Assembly (NCBI GenBank): GCA_963710375.1
Contig: CAVPZX010000008.1
Span: forward strand, 1-64,000
Source of the DNA: Nitrospirota bacterium
GTDB taxonomy: Bacteria > Nitrospirota > Thermodesulfovibrionia > Thermodesulfovibrionales > Dissulfurispiraceae
Reading direction: 5' to 3'
Length of the DNA stretch: 64,000 nt
Under the pieces are notes generated by a model, which worked only from the letters and a program-made list of their open reading frames with translations, did no database searches and had not been told where the DNA came from. Below, piece by piece: positions 1-9,556 of the stretch. Made by a program: the position numbers and the translations under genes. The first letter of the stretch is position 1; each line of letters starts with the position of its first letter.

Positions 1-5
1 TTGAT

Positions 6-1649
6 TTATGCTGATCGTACCTGTGAAGTTTGCCGCGTATCTTTCCATCGGGAAGGAAATATCATTTTAAACGTGGTGCCCTTTCCCAATTCGCTTTCGA
101 CCTTTATCTCTCCAAGATGCTCGGTAACGATTTGTTTCACCAGCGGCAGTCCCATTCCGAATCGTTTGCTTTTTGTGCTGTAAAAACTATCAAAAATCCT
201 CTCCATATCTTCACTCTTGATACCTGTGCCTTGATCAGAAATGGTAAGCACCGCATTTTCGTTTTCGAGTGAAGTGTTGAGTTGAATCTGGCCGCCGTTG
301 GAAGTCGCGTCAATGGCGTTTCTAAGGACATGAAATACGGCAACCCTCATCAAGCCTTTTTGCATATTGATGTTTATCGGCTTGTCAAAAAGATTGACCG
401 AAATGTGCATGTCCCTGCCCTCGGTTTCTTTGGACACTAAAGAAGTTACATCCTTTACGATGTCGTTGAGGTTCTCAAAAGTAAACTGAGACCTTTTGCT
501 TTTAAGCATGTTTTCAAAATCACCCACCACGTTTTGCAACTTTTCGCATTCAAAGATCACATCCTGAAGGTCTTCATCAAGCTTGTCTCCTCGTTCTTTC
601 TTCCTGAGCACGCGCCTGCATGCAATGCCTATTGTGGCAGCAGGGTTCCGCACCTTGTCAGCAATCGACAGTGCCATAAGACTCATTGTGCGTTCAGCAA
701 CAATGTCTTCAAGTTCCAGGGTCAATTCCGATAATTCCAGATTGATGTTTTCTATCTCTTTCTTGTCATCGAGCATGCTCAGGTGAATATCGTAAATCCT
801 GATGAAAAATATGCTGATCGAACCTACAATAAAAAAACTTATGATATTTATACTGCCGCTGACGGGTTCAATGATGTTCCAGGTATCGCGTGATCCAGAC
901 GCTATCAGGATATGCTGCAGAACATGACCTATCGAACGCGAAACAGAATAGAGAACAAACGCTGATGAGAGCCATATCATGTAATGCCATAAAATGTTTT
1001 TCCTGTTCCTCGTGTAAAGTTTCAGACTCGCACCCAGGCTGAATAACGACAGCACTACGAATACAGCGGCCCCGATGAAGGAGACCGTAAATACCGGCCA
1101 CAGAGGCAGTACAACGGACGCGGCTGTTACGTGCGACGGCCTGTCTTCTTCAGGCAAATGCTCTCTTAACCCTAAATAGAACAGAAGCATTGCAATATCG
1201 ATCAGCACATAGTCAAAGCTTGCGAAATAGTAGAAATAATCACTGTAATGAAGCAGTATACTTCTCTTAAAGTATTCGAGACCTTCGTTGCCTCCGATAA
1301 ATTGAGAGTGGTCTATTTTCGAAGCTGATATCTGACCGAAAAACACTACAACGTCCCATATAATGAAACAAATCAGTGAGAAGAAAGTATAACGCCAGCC
1401 TTTTTCTTTTTGCAGCCCGTTCAGGAGCATGGCCCACAGCACAAGGACGCAGGCGATAAGGAAATATATACGTGCGGCCTCATTTACAAAAGTCGCCGGA
1501 TAGTCGTGAGTCACAAAAGCCCCGGCATCAGAAGGCGCCAAAAGGATGCACAGGCAGGTGACAGCTCCAATAAAAGTCAGTGGAACAACATTAGGCGGTA
1601 TTTTCCAGACGGGTGCAGCGCGACTTTCCAATTTAATCATGTTCTCCAC
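6..1649 (-). CDS. Multi-TM sensor histidine kinase-like protein with atypical H-box
   Basis: Many hydrophobic helices, then a coiled coil and a HATPase_c domain (N box HVLRNAIDA, G1 DQGTGI, F box FDSFYSTK, G2 GMGL). The H-box reads ADKVRNP with no His. Confidence 0.85.
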   Translation of the reverse strand: MENMIKLESRAAPVWKIPPNVVPLTFIGAVTCLCILLAPSDAGAFVTHDYPATFVNEAARIYFLIACVLVLWAMLLNGLQKEKGWRYTFFSLICFIIWDVVVFFGQISASKIDHSQFIGGNEGLEYFKRSILLHYSDYFYYFASFDYVLIDIAMLLFYLGLREHLPEEDRPSHVTAASVVLPLWPVFTVSFIGAAVFVVLSLFSLGASLKLYTRNRKNILWHYMIWLSSAFVLYSVSRSIGHVLQHILIASGSRDTWNIIEPVSGSINIISFFIVGSISIFFIRIYDIHLSMLDDKKEIENINLELSELTLELEDIVAERTMSLMALSIADKVRNPAATIGIACRRVLRKKERGDKLDEDLQDVIFECEKLQNVVGDFENMLKSKRSQFTFENLNDIVKDVTSLVSKETEGRDMHISVNLFDKPININMQKGLMRVAVFHVLRNAIDATSNGGQIQLNTSLENENAVLTISDQGTGIKSEDMERIFDSFYSTKSKRFGMGLPLVKQIVTEHLGEIKVESELGKGTTFKMIFPSRWKDTRQTSQVRSA

Positions 1650-1694
1650 GATATTAAATATAACAGACTTTGTAACTTTTGTGGTTCACTATAA

Positions 1695-1873
1695 GGGCTC
1701 GCGAATAAATAACTTGCACATTGATGCATCCCGGATTTAGCCATCTTTGCCCGATCCTCGGTCGCAAAATCCTCAACGTAGCTGTGCTACGCCTGCGGTT
1801 TCGCTCATTCGGATCAGCCAAATCTGATCCAAATCCGAGCGCCTGAATGCACAAGTTATTTATTCACGAGCCC
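1695..1873. mobile_element. MITE family A copy 1 (179 bp)
   Basis: TIRs GGGCTCGCGAATAAATAACTTG...CAAGTTATTTATTCACGAGCCC, flanked by TAA on both sides. Four more copies occur in the window. Confidence 0.9.
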
Positions 1874-1885
1874 TAAGCCTTATAA

Positions 1886-1925
1886 AAAAACCGCCAGCTC
1901 ACGATGAAACAGAAACTGGCGGTTT
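1886..1925 (-). terminator. Probable intrinsic terminator
   Basis: Stem AAACCGCCAG...CTGGCGGTTT followed by a U-tract on the minus strand, downstream of the 1961..3025 gene. Confidence 0.6.
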
Positions 1926-1960
1926 GATGTCATGGAGCGCCTCGTACGAGATGCATGTAT

Positions 1961-3025
1961 TCAGAATGAATAACGCATGCCTAAAGATGTCGTGGCGCGC
2001 GGCGCAAGTTGTATTCCTATAACATCCTGATAAACAGGCACTTGAACAAAGCCGTAAATTGAAACATTGTTGCCGACCGATACGGAGACACCCGGGCTAA
2101 CATACAACAATGTTCCACCAGTGTTGAGCATATCCGCCTGGGCCCCTGTATCGTGCAGAACATGACGGAAGTTAAACTGAACCTGGGGTTCAAAACCGGA
2201 AAAGCCCAGGTAGCGCAAGCCCAGGTTGAGGTTGAGTCCCTCACCTGGCGTGTACTCATCTTCTGAATAAAGCGCTCTCTGGAAAAGCACCTGGGCAAAA
2301 TAACCTAAGTTCTGAGTTATGGAATTGGTGTAATACGCGCCAAATATGACATCTGTTGTGCCGGTGCCGGGTTGCAAACCGCGGTCAACCGGAACCAGCC
2401 CGGGCGCGGTCGGGTCAGTCGATATGCCTGTTTCAGTATGGCTGCCGGTCGGCAGCTTGACTCCGAAAAGAAGGCCAAGGGTACTGCACCCAGGAATAAA
2501 TCCTTGATAGCGTCCTACTATCTTTACATCGCCAAAACTTTCAGTATGCGAGTCGTATTGCCCTCCGCCCGGGCCGGCGTAGGTCCCGTCCGAGGCCGTT
2601 CCCAGTGTACTATGACTTCGATCAATAAACGGGATTTGAACATTGACTCCCCAGTCAGGGGTTTTGCTGTAATCGATGCCCAAAGTATAATAGTTGTTCC
2701 TGGTGTACTTCTCGACTTCCGCAGGACTGCCGTTTTCCATGACCTGGCTGGCAGCAGATGGAGAAATCGTTCCGGTCCCCCTGCGCAGTTGATTCTGATC
2801 GATAAAGTCCCAACGCATATCCACTCTTAGTCCCGGCGTGTAGGCAAACTGCTGGTTCGACCAATCGGAGCTCAATGTGCAACCGCAACTTGCGCAGGCC
2901 AATACATCTGCTGAATTCAGCAGCCCGATGATTGAGGCCAGACCAAGTACGGCAGCGCTTTTAAGCATTTTGCGCATAAATTTATCATCAAAGAGCAAAT
3001 TAGCGAAGACTCTCTTTACTTGCAT
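1961..3025 (-). CDS. Outer-membrane beta-barrel transporter-like protein with N-terminal CASCGC motif (putative metal uptake)
   Basis: AGGAGG RBS, signal peptide, CxxCxC at the mature N-terminus, GDVK and LQPGTGTTD barrel-family motifs, C-terminal YSF. Confidence 0.75.
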   Translation of the reverse strand: MQVKRVFANLLFDDKFMRKMLKSAAVLGLASIIGLLNSADVLACASCGCTLSSDWSNQQFAYTPGLRVDMRWDFIDQNQLRRGTGTISPSAASQVMENGSPAEVEKYTRNNYYTLGIDYSKTPDWGVNVQIPFIDRSHSTLGTASDGTYAGPGGGQYDSHTESFGDVKIVGRYQGFIPGCSTLGLLFGVKLPTGSHTETGISTDPTAPGLVPVDRGLQPGTGTTDVIFGAYYTNSITQNLGYFAQVLFQRALYSEDEYTPGEGLNLNLGLRYLGFSGFEPQVQFNFRHVLHDTGAQADMLNTGGTLLYVSPGVSVSVGNNVSIYGFVQVPVYQDVIGIQLAPRATTSLGMRYSF

Positions 3026-3130
3026 GGTTAAGCCTCCTCTTTTGGAAAGGACATGTTATAAAGTCCTTGGTTGTTGTTAGTTAAAAACTCAGGGCTGCCC
3101 TGCCCGCATAATTAAAAATCATCAACACTT

Positions 3131-3469
3131 TCAGGCTGTCGGGAACAGGCACGCGCTAACCGCTTCTAGGGAGGCCTTAGGCTCTGGGGGTCTATCTTTT
3201 TGGAATGGAATCAACGAGGACTTGAACAAGGGCCACAAAGCTATATGAAAGCCTGCAAATCCTGGAGCAGAAAGACAACAGCAGATTTGTTCAGGAAAAA
3301 ATGGCATTCCGGCATTCGCGGGCTGAAACGGACTGGATGAGTGGCACGCATCAAATGTAACGAGCACTTTATTATTGCACGAGTGACGAGTAAGGGTAAG
3401 GGTTACAGGGGATATTAGGGATAAAAGCACTGCGCATAGAATCAATAAACTGCTTACTTTCCCAAACAT
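3131..3469 (-). CDS. DUF2946/CutF/CruR-like exported leader protein
   Basis: Start adjusted to ATG 3469. Signal-like N-terminus, DACH and CCC motifs, C-terminal PFQKDRPP, directly upstream of the barrel gene. Confidence 0.6.
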   Translation of the reverse strand: MFGKVSSLLILCAVLLSLISPVTLTLTRHSCNNKVLVTFDACHSSSPFQPANAGMPFFPEQICCCLSAPGFAGFHIALWPLFKSSLIPFQKDRPPEPKASLEAVSACLFPTA

Positions 3470-3563
3470 AAAGCATTTTAATCGATAAATTGCTGCGGTG
3501 TCAAACACCGCTAAAGCAGGCAGCAAAAAAGCATTCTGTGTTAAAATAAATTTTCTGTAGCCG

Positions 3564-3660
3564 GGGGCTGGCCCTGCGCAGCAGGCAAGTGTGAACTCCG
3601 CCAGGTCCGGAAGGAAGCACCGGTAAGCATTCTGTCTGGGTGCCGCAGCAAGCCGGCCCT
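3564..3660 (+). ncRNA. ffs: Small signal recognition particle RNA (4.5S)
   Basis: Domain IV motif CCAGGTCCGGAAGGAAGCA, terminal stem GGGCTGGC/GCCGGCCC, classic position upstream of dnaX, TGtTAAAAT extended -10 upstream. Confidence 0.92.
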
Positions 3661-3715
3661 ATAAATATTTTTAGGCGCCTGTCCCCGGGTACAGAAAAAC
3701 ATGTATACAAAAATA

Positions 3716-3835
3716 GGTTTCGTAAAAAGCTCCAGAGACAAGGCGCGCAAATCCTGAGGAATGAGGCGTACTTCCGGGTACGCCGCAGTGACGTGGGATG
3801 CAGCGTAACGCAGTATATGGACTTTTTACGAGACC
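3716..3835. mobile_element. MITE-like palindromic element family B
   Basis: TIRs GGTTTCGTAAAAAG / CTTTTTACGAGACC, internal hairpin GCGTAC-ttccgg-GTACGC, non-coding, single copy in this window. Confidence 0.7.
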
Positions 3836-3849
3836 GTTTGTGAGGTTTT

Positions 3850-5454
3850 ATGTCATACCTGGTATTAGCAAGGAAATGGAGGCCGCAAACTTTCGATGAT
3901 TTGACCGGCCAGGAACCAGTTGCTCATATCTTAAGAAACGCCCTTGCTCACAATAAAGTAGCGCACGCCTATATCTTTTCAGGACCAAGAGGGGTTGGTA
4001 AAACTACAACTGCCAGGATATTGGCAAAGGCGTTGAACTGCGAAAACGGACCAACACCGGACCCATGTGGAAAATGTCCATCATGCCTTGATGTTGCTGA
4101 GGGCTCTTCAATCGATGTTTCTGAAATAGATGGCGCCTCGAACACGGGGGTAGACAATATAAGAGACCTCAGGGAAAAAGTCCGGTACGCACCGTCGGCG
4201 GGCCGGTATAAAGTATACATAATTGATGAGTCGCATATGCTTTCCACATCAGCCTTCAATGCCCTTTTGAAAACACTTGAGGAACCTCCACCCCATGTTA
4301 TCTTTGTGCTTGCCACTACCGAGCCAAAAAAGATTCCTCCAACAGTGATCTCCCGCTGCCAACACCTTCCATTCTCAAGAATGAGCGGCCATAAGATCAA
4401 GGAACGGCTTAAGACAATTGCCGATGCGGAAGGTATAAAAATTACGTCGTCTCCGCTTGATATGATCGCACGCGCCGCAGATGGAAGCATGAGAGATGCG
4501 CTGACGCTCCTTGATCAGTTGACTTCATTCTCCGATGATATTTCTGCTTCCGACGTAAAGGATCTCCTTGGTATTACCGATTCCGAAACCCTTGCAGGAC
4601 TTGCAGCTTCGGTCATCGAAGGCAACAGTAAAGCGATCATTACACTAATCGCGACACTTACGGACACCGGTACAGATCTGAAGCCTTTCACGAGGGACTT
4701 CCTGCAATTCATCCGAAATCTTCTGGTATCAAAAATCACCGGGGAGACAGAGGGCATTCTCGACATCGGCGAGGAGGAATCGAGGGCCATAGCCGCTATC
4801 AGGGATAGCGTTGGTGAAGAATATCTCGCCTTGATACTTTCAGAACTCATCAGGGCCGAACCAGGCATAAGAAACGCGTTTTATCCTCGAATCGCTCTCG
4901 AAATGACACTTATTAAGTTGAGTATGCTCAGCCGCTTCAAATCCATAAGCGAGGCGCTGCAGGCACTGCAGAACCCGGATTCTCCGTTGCCCAAAAAGCA
5001 TGACTCTCCGCAAATAGCCTCTTCAGGAGCACAGCACTCTGCCGGAGTTGCGGGGCCTCCTGAAAATATAGCAGTAAAGGTCATGGAGGGCGTGTCCATC
5101 TCAGATGTTTGGGATGCCGTGATCAAGAGAGTGGACACAGTGAATCACCCGCTTGCCAGCAAGCTTAGAGAGGGTGATATTACATTTGGACCCAATACGG
5201 TTAAAATCGTTTTTAGCGGCGGTTGCGCAATCCACTCGGAGTCGGTCGGGGAAAACCTGCCGGTGATAAAAAAAATGTTGGATGAACTCAGCGGCATGAG
5301 CATAGCGATTTCGATTGAAACCACACCGTCAACAACAGTGACTAAAAAGGATCTCAAAGAGAGAGCGCTCCGGGACCCTGTCGTCCAGGACGCTCTTAAA
5401 CTGTTTGAAGGAAGGATTGTAGATGTGTTACCAATAAAAAACGAAACAAAATAA
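3850..5454 (+). CDS. dnaX: DNA polymerase III subunit gamma/tau
   Basis: YLVLARKWRPQTF, Walker A GPRGVGKT, Zn-binding Cys, DGSMRDA. Confidence 0.97.
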   Translation: MSYLVLARKWRPQTFDDLTGQEPVAHILRNALAHNKVAHAYIFSGPRGVGKTTTARILAKALNCENGPTPDPCGKCPSCLDVAEGSSIDVSEIDGASNTGVDNIRDLREKVRYAPSAGRYKVYIIDESHMLSTSAFNALLKTLEEPPPHVIFVLATTEPKKIPPTVISRCQHLPFSRMSGHKIKERLKTIADAEGIKITSSPLDMIARAADGSMRDALTLLDQLTSFSDDISASDVKDLLGITDSETLAGLAASVIEGNSKAIITLIATLTDTGTDLKPFTRDFLQFIRNLLVSKITGETEGILDIGEEESRAIAAIRDSVGEEYLALILSELIRAEPGIRNAFYPRIALEMTLIKLSMLSRFKSISEALQALQNPDSPLPKKHDSPQIASSGAQHSAGVAGPPENIAVKVMEGVSISDVWDAVIKRVDTVNHPLASKLREGDITFGPNTVKIVFSGGCAIHSESVGENLPVIKKMLDELSGMSIAISIETTPSTTVTKKDLKERALRDPVVQDALKLFEGRIVDVLPIKNETK

Positions 5455-5462
5455 AATACTGA

Positions 5463-5530
5463 AAGGTTAAGGCTGAGGCTGAGGTTAAGAAAGCATAAAA
5501 TTCTAAACCTTGACCTAAACCTCAACCTTT
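5463..5530. repeat. Inverted hexamer array (AGGTTR)n-spacer-(YAACCT)n
   Basis: aggttaaggctgaggctgaggttaag ... ctaaaccttgacctaaacctcaacct. Confidence 0.85.
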
Positions 5531-5549
5531 ATTTTAAAGGGAGGGAATA

Positions 5550-5891
5550 ATGTCTAAGAAAATGCTCGGCGACATAATGCGCGAGGCCCAGAAGTTGCAA
5601 GGCGAGATGCAGCGTATGCAAGATGAAGCAAAAAAGCGGACTGTTGAGGCCACTTCAGGCGGCGGCATGATAACCGTAGTGGCAAATGGCGGGGGGGAGC
5701 TTGTCTCGATAAAAATAGAAAAAGATGTGGTCAACCCCGACGATGTCGAGATGCTTCAGGACCTCATACTGGCAGCCACAAACGAGGCATTGCGAAGAGC
5801 ACAGCAGATGGTGAACGAGGACATGTCGAAGCTTACCATGGGCCTGCAGCTACCCGGCATGGGCGGGTTGGGTAACCTTTTCGGTAAATAG
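5550..5891 (+). CDS. ybaB: YbaB/EbfC nucleoid-associated protein
   Basis: AQKLQ..VEATSGGGMITV..DVEMLQDLILAA, located between dnaX and recR. Confidence 0.95.
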   Translation: MSKKMLGDIMREAQKLQGEMQRMQDEAKKRTVEATSGGGMITVVANGGGELVSIKIEKDVVNPDDVEMLQDLILAATNEALRRAQQMVNEDMSKLTMGLQLPGMGGLGNLFGK

Positions 5892-5892
5892 C

Positions 5893-6486
5893 TTGGCACA
5901 GGGGATTATCGAAAATCTCGTCTCACAGCTTACCAAATTGCCGGGCATTGGAAGGAAGAGCGCCCAGCGACTGGCATTCTTCATACTCACTATGCCTGCT
6001 TCCGAGGCAAAGGGCATTGCCGATGCTATCACAGACGTTAAGGACAACGCCCGGTTCTGTTCAATATGCTTCAATATAACTGCCCTCGACCCTTGTGAAA
6101 TATGCAGCGACCCGTCGCGGGACAGGAGCAGAATTTGTGTGGTTGAGGAGCCAAGCAATATACTTGCCATAGAGAGGACGAAAAGCTACCATGGCCTCTA
6201 CCATGTCCTGCTCGGTGCTCTCTCGCCGCTGGACGGAATCACTCCGGACAGGCTGAAGATAGAGGAGCTTTCCGCAAGGATACGGGCCGGGGGAGTTGAT
6301 GAAATAATACTGGCCACCAATCCTAACACAAAAGGCGAAATGACAGCACAATATATTGCTGAAATAGTCAAGCAGTCCGGGGTAAACATTTCAAGGATTG
6401 CCTATGGTCTGCCCATAGGCAGCGACATAGAATTCGCGGATGAAGTAACTCTCTCAAAAGCGCTGGAAGGAAGACGCTCGCTATAA
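5893..6486 (+). CDS. recR: Recombination mediator RecR
   Basis: LPGIGRKSAQRLAF helix-hairpin-helix, C4 zinc finger, TOPRIM domain. Confidence 0.97.
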   Translation: MAQGIIENLVSQLTKLPGIGRKSAQRLAFFILTMPASEAKGIADAITDVKDNARFCSICFNITALDPCEICSDPSRDRSRICVVEEPSNILAIERTKSYHGLYHVLLGALSPLDGITPDRLKIEELSARIRAGGVDEIILATNPNTKGEMTAQYIAEIVKQSGVNISRIAYGLPIGSDIEFADEVTLSKALEGRRSL

Positions 6487-6488
6487 AC

Positions 6489-6785
6489 TCACGGCTGATC
6501 CTCAATCTTTGTGGTTCCCCTTATTTTCTTTCTTCGGTCAAGCACCTCGGCAAGAAGAGGCAGCAATAAGGATCCTAATGGCAGGAGGAAAATAATCACT
6601 GCCGGAACGACCAGCGATATGCGGAGAAAATGCAATCTGAGCTGTCTGAGCTCGCTCCTTGTCCATGGCTCACCAGTGTTACGGTTCTTCATCAGCAGTT
6701 GCATGATGCCTTTACCTGCAAGCACCTCTTGAAGTATAAACTCCCTGTTGGCCATAAATAGACGCCTCAGGTATCGTCCAACCAT
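6489..6785 (-). CDS. Small hypothetical membrane protein (LETM1-like C-terminal segment)
   Basis: Start adjusted to ATG 6785. Hydrophobic FLLPLGSLLLPLLA segment followed by LDRR. Confidence 0.6.
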   Translation of the reverse strand: MVGRYLRRLFMANREFILQEVLAGKGIMQLLMKNRNTGEPWTRSELRQLRLHFLRISLVVPAVIIFLLPLGSLLLPLLAEVLDRRKKIRGTTKIEDQP

Positions 6786-6844
6786 ATGGCCCCCGGAGCA
6801 AAATCGTGCTATCAATCGCTTGAACATAACAACAAGCACCCCTG

Positions 6845-8476
6845 CTACCCGATACCCAATGCCTCTCTGGTAATATGCTCCGCGGCTTCAAAAATGGCCT
6901 TCTTGCCTTCCATTGTACGCGCTTCTATATAAAATCTGACCTTGGGTTCTGTTCCAGACGGTCTTATCATCAGCCATGAGCCGTCATCAAAAACGACCTT
7001 TGTACCGTCTACAGTTATCAAGTCCATGACCGTCCTGGTTTCGCCGCCTATGCTCGTGACCGTTCCCTTCTTATATCGGTCCTTTATTACCGACAGCTTA
7101 CGGACCAGTGGCTCACCTACCAGCGAGCGGTCTACAGCAATTCCCGAGCGGTCCGGATAAAAGTGCCCGAACTCGTTCATAAGTTCATCAAGGTATACGC
7201 TCAAATTCTTACCTGTTACAGCCATCATCTCAATGGCGAGTAGCAGTCCGAACAGCGCATCCTTTTCCAAAGTATTATTGTATCCGGATATGCCGTCGGA
7301 TTCTTCAAAAGCAACTACCGCTCTTTCTTTGGCATTTTGAAGCAAATAGGGTCTGAAGTTTTTAAATCCAACTTTTGTCTCTCTTACCGGAATGCCGAGT
7401 TTTTTCGCGATGGCATTAACTAAATTGCTCGTGCCCACCGACTTTGCAGCAACGCCACGTATGCCTTTATACACATGCAAAAAGTGCAGGGCCATGGCGC
7501 CAAAGTAATTCATCGGTATTTGCATCGATCCGTCGCTGTACCTGATACGGTCACCATCAGGGTCCATAATAACACCCAATTTCAAATCAGTGCAGCCTTC
7601 CCTCAAAACACGTTCCACTCCTTCCATATTTTTCTCCGATGGTTCCGGAGCGATACCCCCGAAAAGCACATTATCTGCGGTCCTCAGGTAAACAATCCTG
7701 CTGGAAGGGCCAAGTATCTTTTCCATGCGGCCACGCGTTGCCCCGTGCACATTGTCAATGCAGATGGTACAGTCAACTCTTTTTATAAAATCATGTATCT
7801 TGTCGATATCTAGTGTTTTACGTCCGGTGATAAAGGAAAGGTATAAGCTTGTGAGATCCACATTCTCAATATGTCCGGCAGTTAACGAAGGAAGCAGAGT
7901 TGATTCCCGCATCATTCTGTTGGCAATCTCTTCTATCTTCGAGGTGATCTCGGACCCTGCAGGCCCTCCATCCGAAGGATTGAATTTAAAGCCTGAGTAA
8001 TTGGCAGGATTGTGGGACGGCGTCAGATTGATCGAGCATGCAGCATGCAACATTACAACCCCGGCCGAGAACTCAGGCGTCGCAGCCTCCCCTGAATACC
8101 ATGTTCTGATCCCTTCCTTCTGAAGGTACCCGAGGACTTCCATGGCGAATTCCGGGCCCAGCAGTCTGTTATCGTGCCCTACAATTATTCCACGTTTTCT
8201 CACCTCATCAAAATCCTTGACCCCCAACGCCTGCATAACAGACTCATCGCTGTTCTTAAACATTTCTATAATTGCCGCTGTTACGATGCGCACATTATTG
8301 AATGTAAAGTCGCTGCCTATCTCCCCTCTCCATCCCGACGTGCCAAAAACTATCTGAGCGGGGCGCGGATTTTCTCTCGCAAAGCGTTCAACTTCTGCAA
8401 GCAACTCCACGTCTGCGGACGGATTCGCCAGCAGTTCCTTCCAACATGCCGCCGCGTCAGTAAATGTATGTGCCAT
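6845..8476 (-). CDS. Phosphoglucomutase/phosphomannomutase family protein
   Basis: FGTSGWRG, catalytic TPSHNP, DPDGDR, FEESDG, RPSGTEPK. Confidence 0.93.
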   Translation of the reverse strand: MAHTFTDAAACWKELLANPSADVELLAEVERFARENPRPAQIVFGTSGWRGEIGSDFTFNNVRIVTAAIIEMFKNSDESVMQALGVKDFDEVRKRGIIVGHDNRLLGPEFAMEVLGYLQKEGIRTWYSGEAATPEFSAGVVMLHAACSINLTPSHNPANYSGFKFNPSDGGPAGSEITSKIEEIANRMMRESTLLPSLTAGHIENVDLTSLYLSFITGRKTLDIDKIHDFIKRVDCTICIDNVHGATRGRMEKILGPSSRIVYLRTADNVLFGGIAPEPSEKNMEGVERVLREGCTDLKLGVIMDPDGDRIRYSDGSMQIPMNYFGAMALHFLHVYKGIRGVAAKSVGTSNLVNAIAKKLGIPVRETKVGFKNFRPYLLQNAKERAVVAFEESDGISGYNNTLEKDALFGLLLAIEMMAVTGKNLSVYLDELMNEFGHFYPDRSGIAVDRSLVGEPLVRKLSVIKDRYKKGTVTSIGGETRTVMDLITVDGTKVVFDDGSWLMIRPSGTEPKVRFYIEARTMEGKKAIFEAAEHITREALGIG

Positions 8477-8511
8477 GGACACCCCCATAGTTTCTTGATA
8501 AAATTATTCTA

Positions 8512-9274
8512 ATGAACGCTGTCGAAATTTACAAGAAACTTCCAGGGTACCAACTGCGGCCAATGTAAGCAAAAGGCATGCATGCCATTCGCGTTTGCAG
8601 TGTTGAAAGGGGAAACTGATATTGCAGAGTGTCCATGGGTAACTGACAAAGAAAAAGGTGAGTTGGCATCATCAGTAAGGCAAAATGATTGGCGGGAGGC
8701 TCTGATAACAAATCTGAAAGAGGAAATAAAAAATGTTGACTTTCATGAGGCGTCCGGCACTCTGGGCGCCAAATTGCGTGAGGGAAAGCTGTTTATCCGA
8801 TGTTTCGGGAGAGACGTCATTGTTCGTCCTGATGGTGAGATGCAGCCGCAGGACAACCTTACGCCATGGATGAGGATACTTGTGCTGTTTTACATCAGGA
8901 ATAGAGGTGGGCATGGCATCTCCGGCAAATGGGTCATGCATAGCGAACTGATGGGCGGGTTGATGAAATATAAGGCCTTCCAGAGGGAGTGTGAAGAGCC
9001 TTTGAGGGAATTATTTGACAGACATCTTGAAAAAGCAGCCTTGGTCCTGGACGCGTATGGATCAGTTCATCCATCTGGATTCGCGACTCCAAACGCATGG
9101 CTGCTGAACGTATTTCCCATGCTGCCGGTAGTTTTTCTTTATTGGCCGCAAGAAGATGAATTTGAATCAAAAGTGACCATACGCTTCGACTCCACGGCAG
9201 ACAAATACTTTGATGTCGAGCAGCTGATATTTCTAACAAAAGAAATCGTTAAGGACATCGAAGAAAAAATCTGA
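8512..9274 (+). CDS. Fe-S-binding N-terminal domain + DUF3786-like protein, with apparent +1 frameshift near 8545
   Basis: Removing one G from CCAGGGTACC gives MNAVEIYKKLPGTNCGQCKQKACMPFA, a typical LPxTNCxxCxxxxC motif, in frame with ORF 8582..9274. Confidence 0.8.
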
Positions 9275-9337
9275 GGGCTCGCGAATAAATAACTTGTGCA
9301 TTCAGGCGCTAAGATTTGGCCGGACTTGGCTGATCCG
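9275..9337. mobile_element. MITE family A copy 2 (truncated, opposite orientation)
   Basis: Starts immediately after the TGA stop. GGGCTCGCGAATAAATAACTTGTGCATTCAGGCGCT matches the reverse complement of the right end of copy 1. No second TIR. Confidence 0.85.
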
Positions 9338-9477
9338 GGAGAGATCCTATCCTATTTAATGTCGAGTGTAAGTGAGCAATATGTAGAATAAATGAGAAAA
9401 AAATAGAAAAGAGTGATCATTTAAGCAGTACTGTCGGCATTTGGCTGTGATATAGCACTAATCGGAAATTTGAATAG

Positions 9478-9506
9478 TTGCAAAGGTTAGAATATTAGTA
9501 TATGCT
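9478..9506 (+). promoter_or_regulatory. Sigma70-type promoter
   Basis: TTGCAA-17 nt-TATGCT upstream of the GGAGGTG RBS of 9557..10000. Confidence 0.55.
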
Positions 9507-9556
9507 TAAATTAAGAAGGTTAGTGAGGATGGTTGTCCTTCTGGGAGGTGACGTAG

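Noticed and set aside
1654..1854. 66-aa ORF similar to the 70-aa ORF at 33185..33397, which looks like a small paralogous gene family
   Set aside because: Both are translations of MITE A. They have no RBS and are not independent genes.
5268..5275. A8 run in dnaX as a possible gamma/tau frameshift or slippage site
   Set aside because: It lies very near the 3' end, is shorter than known slippage runs, and has no evident stimulatory SD or hairpin.
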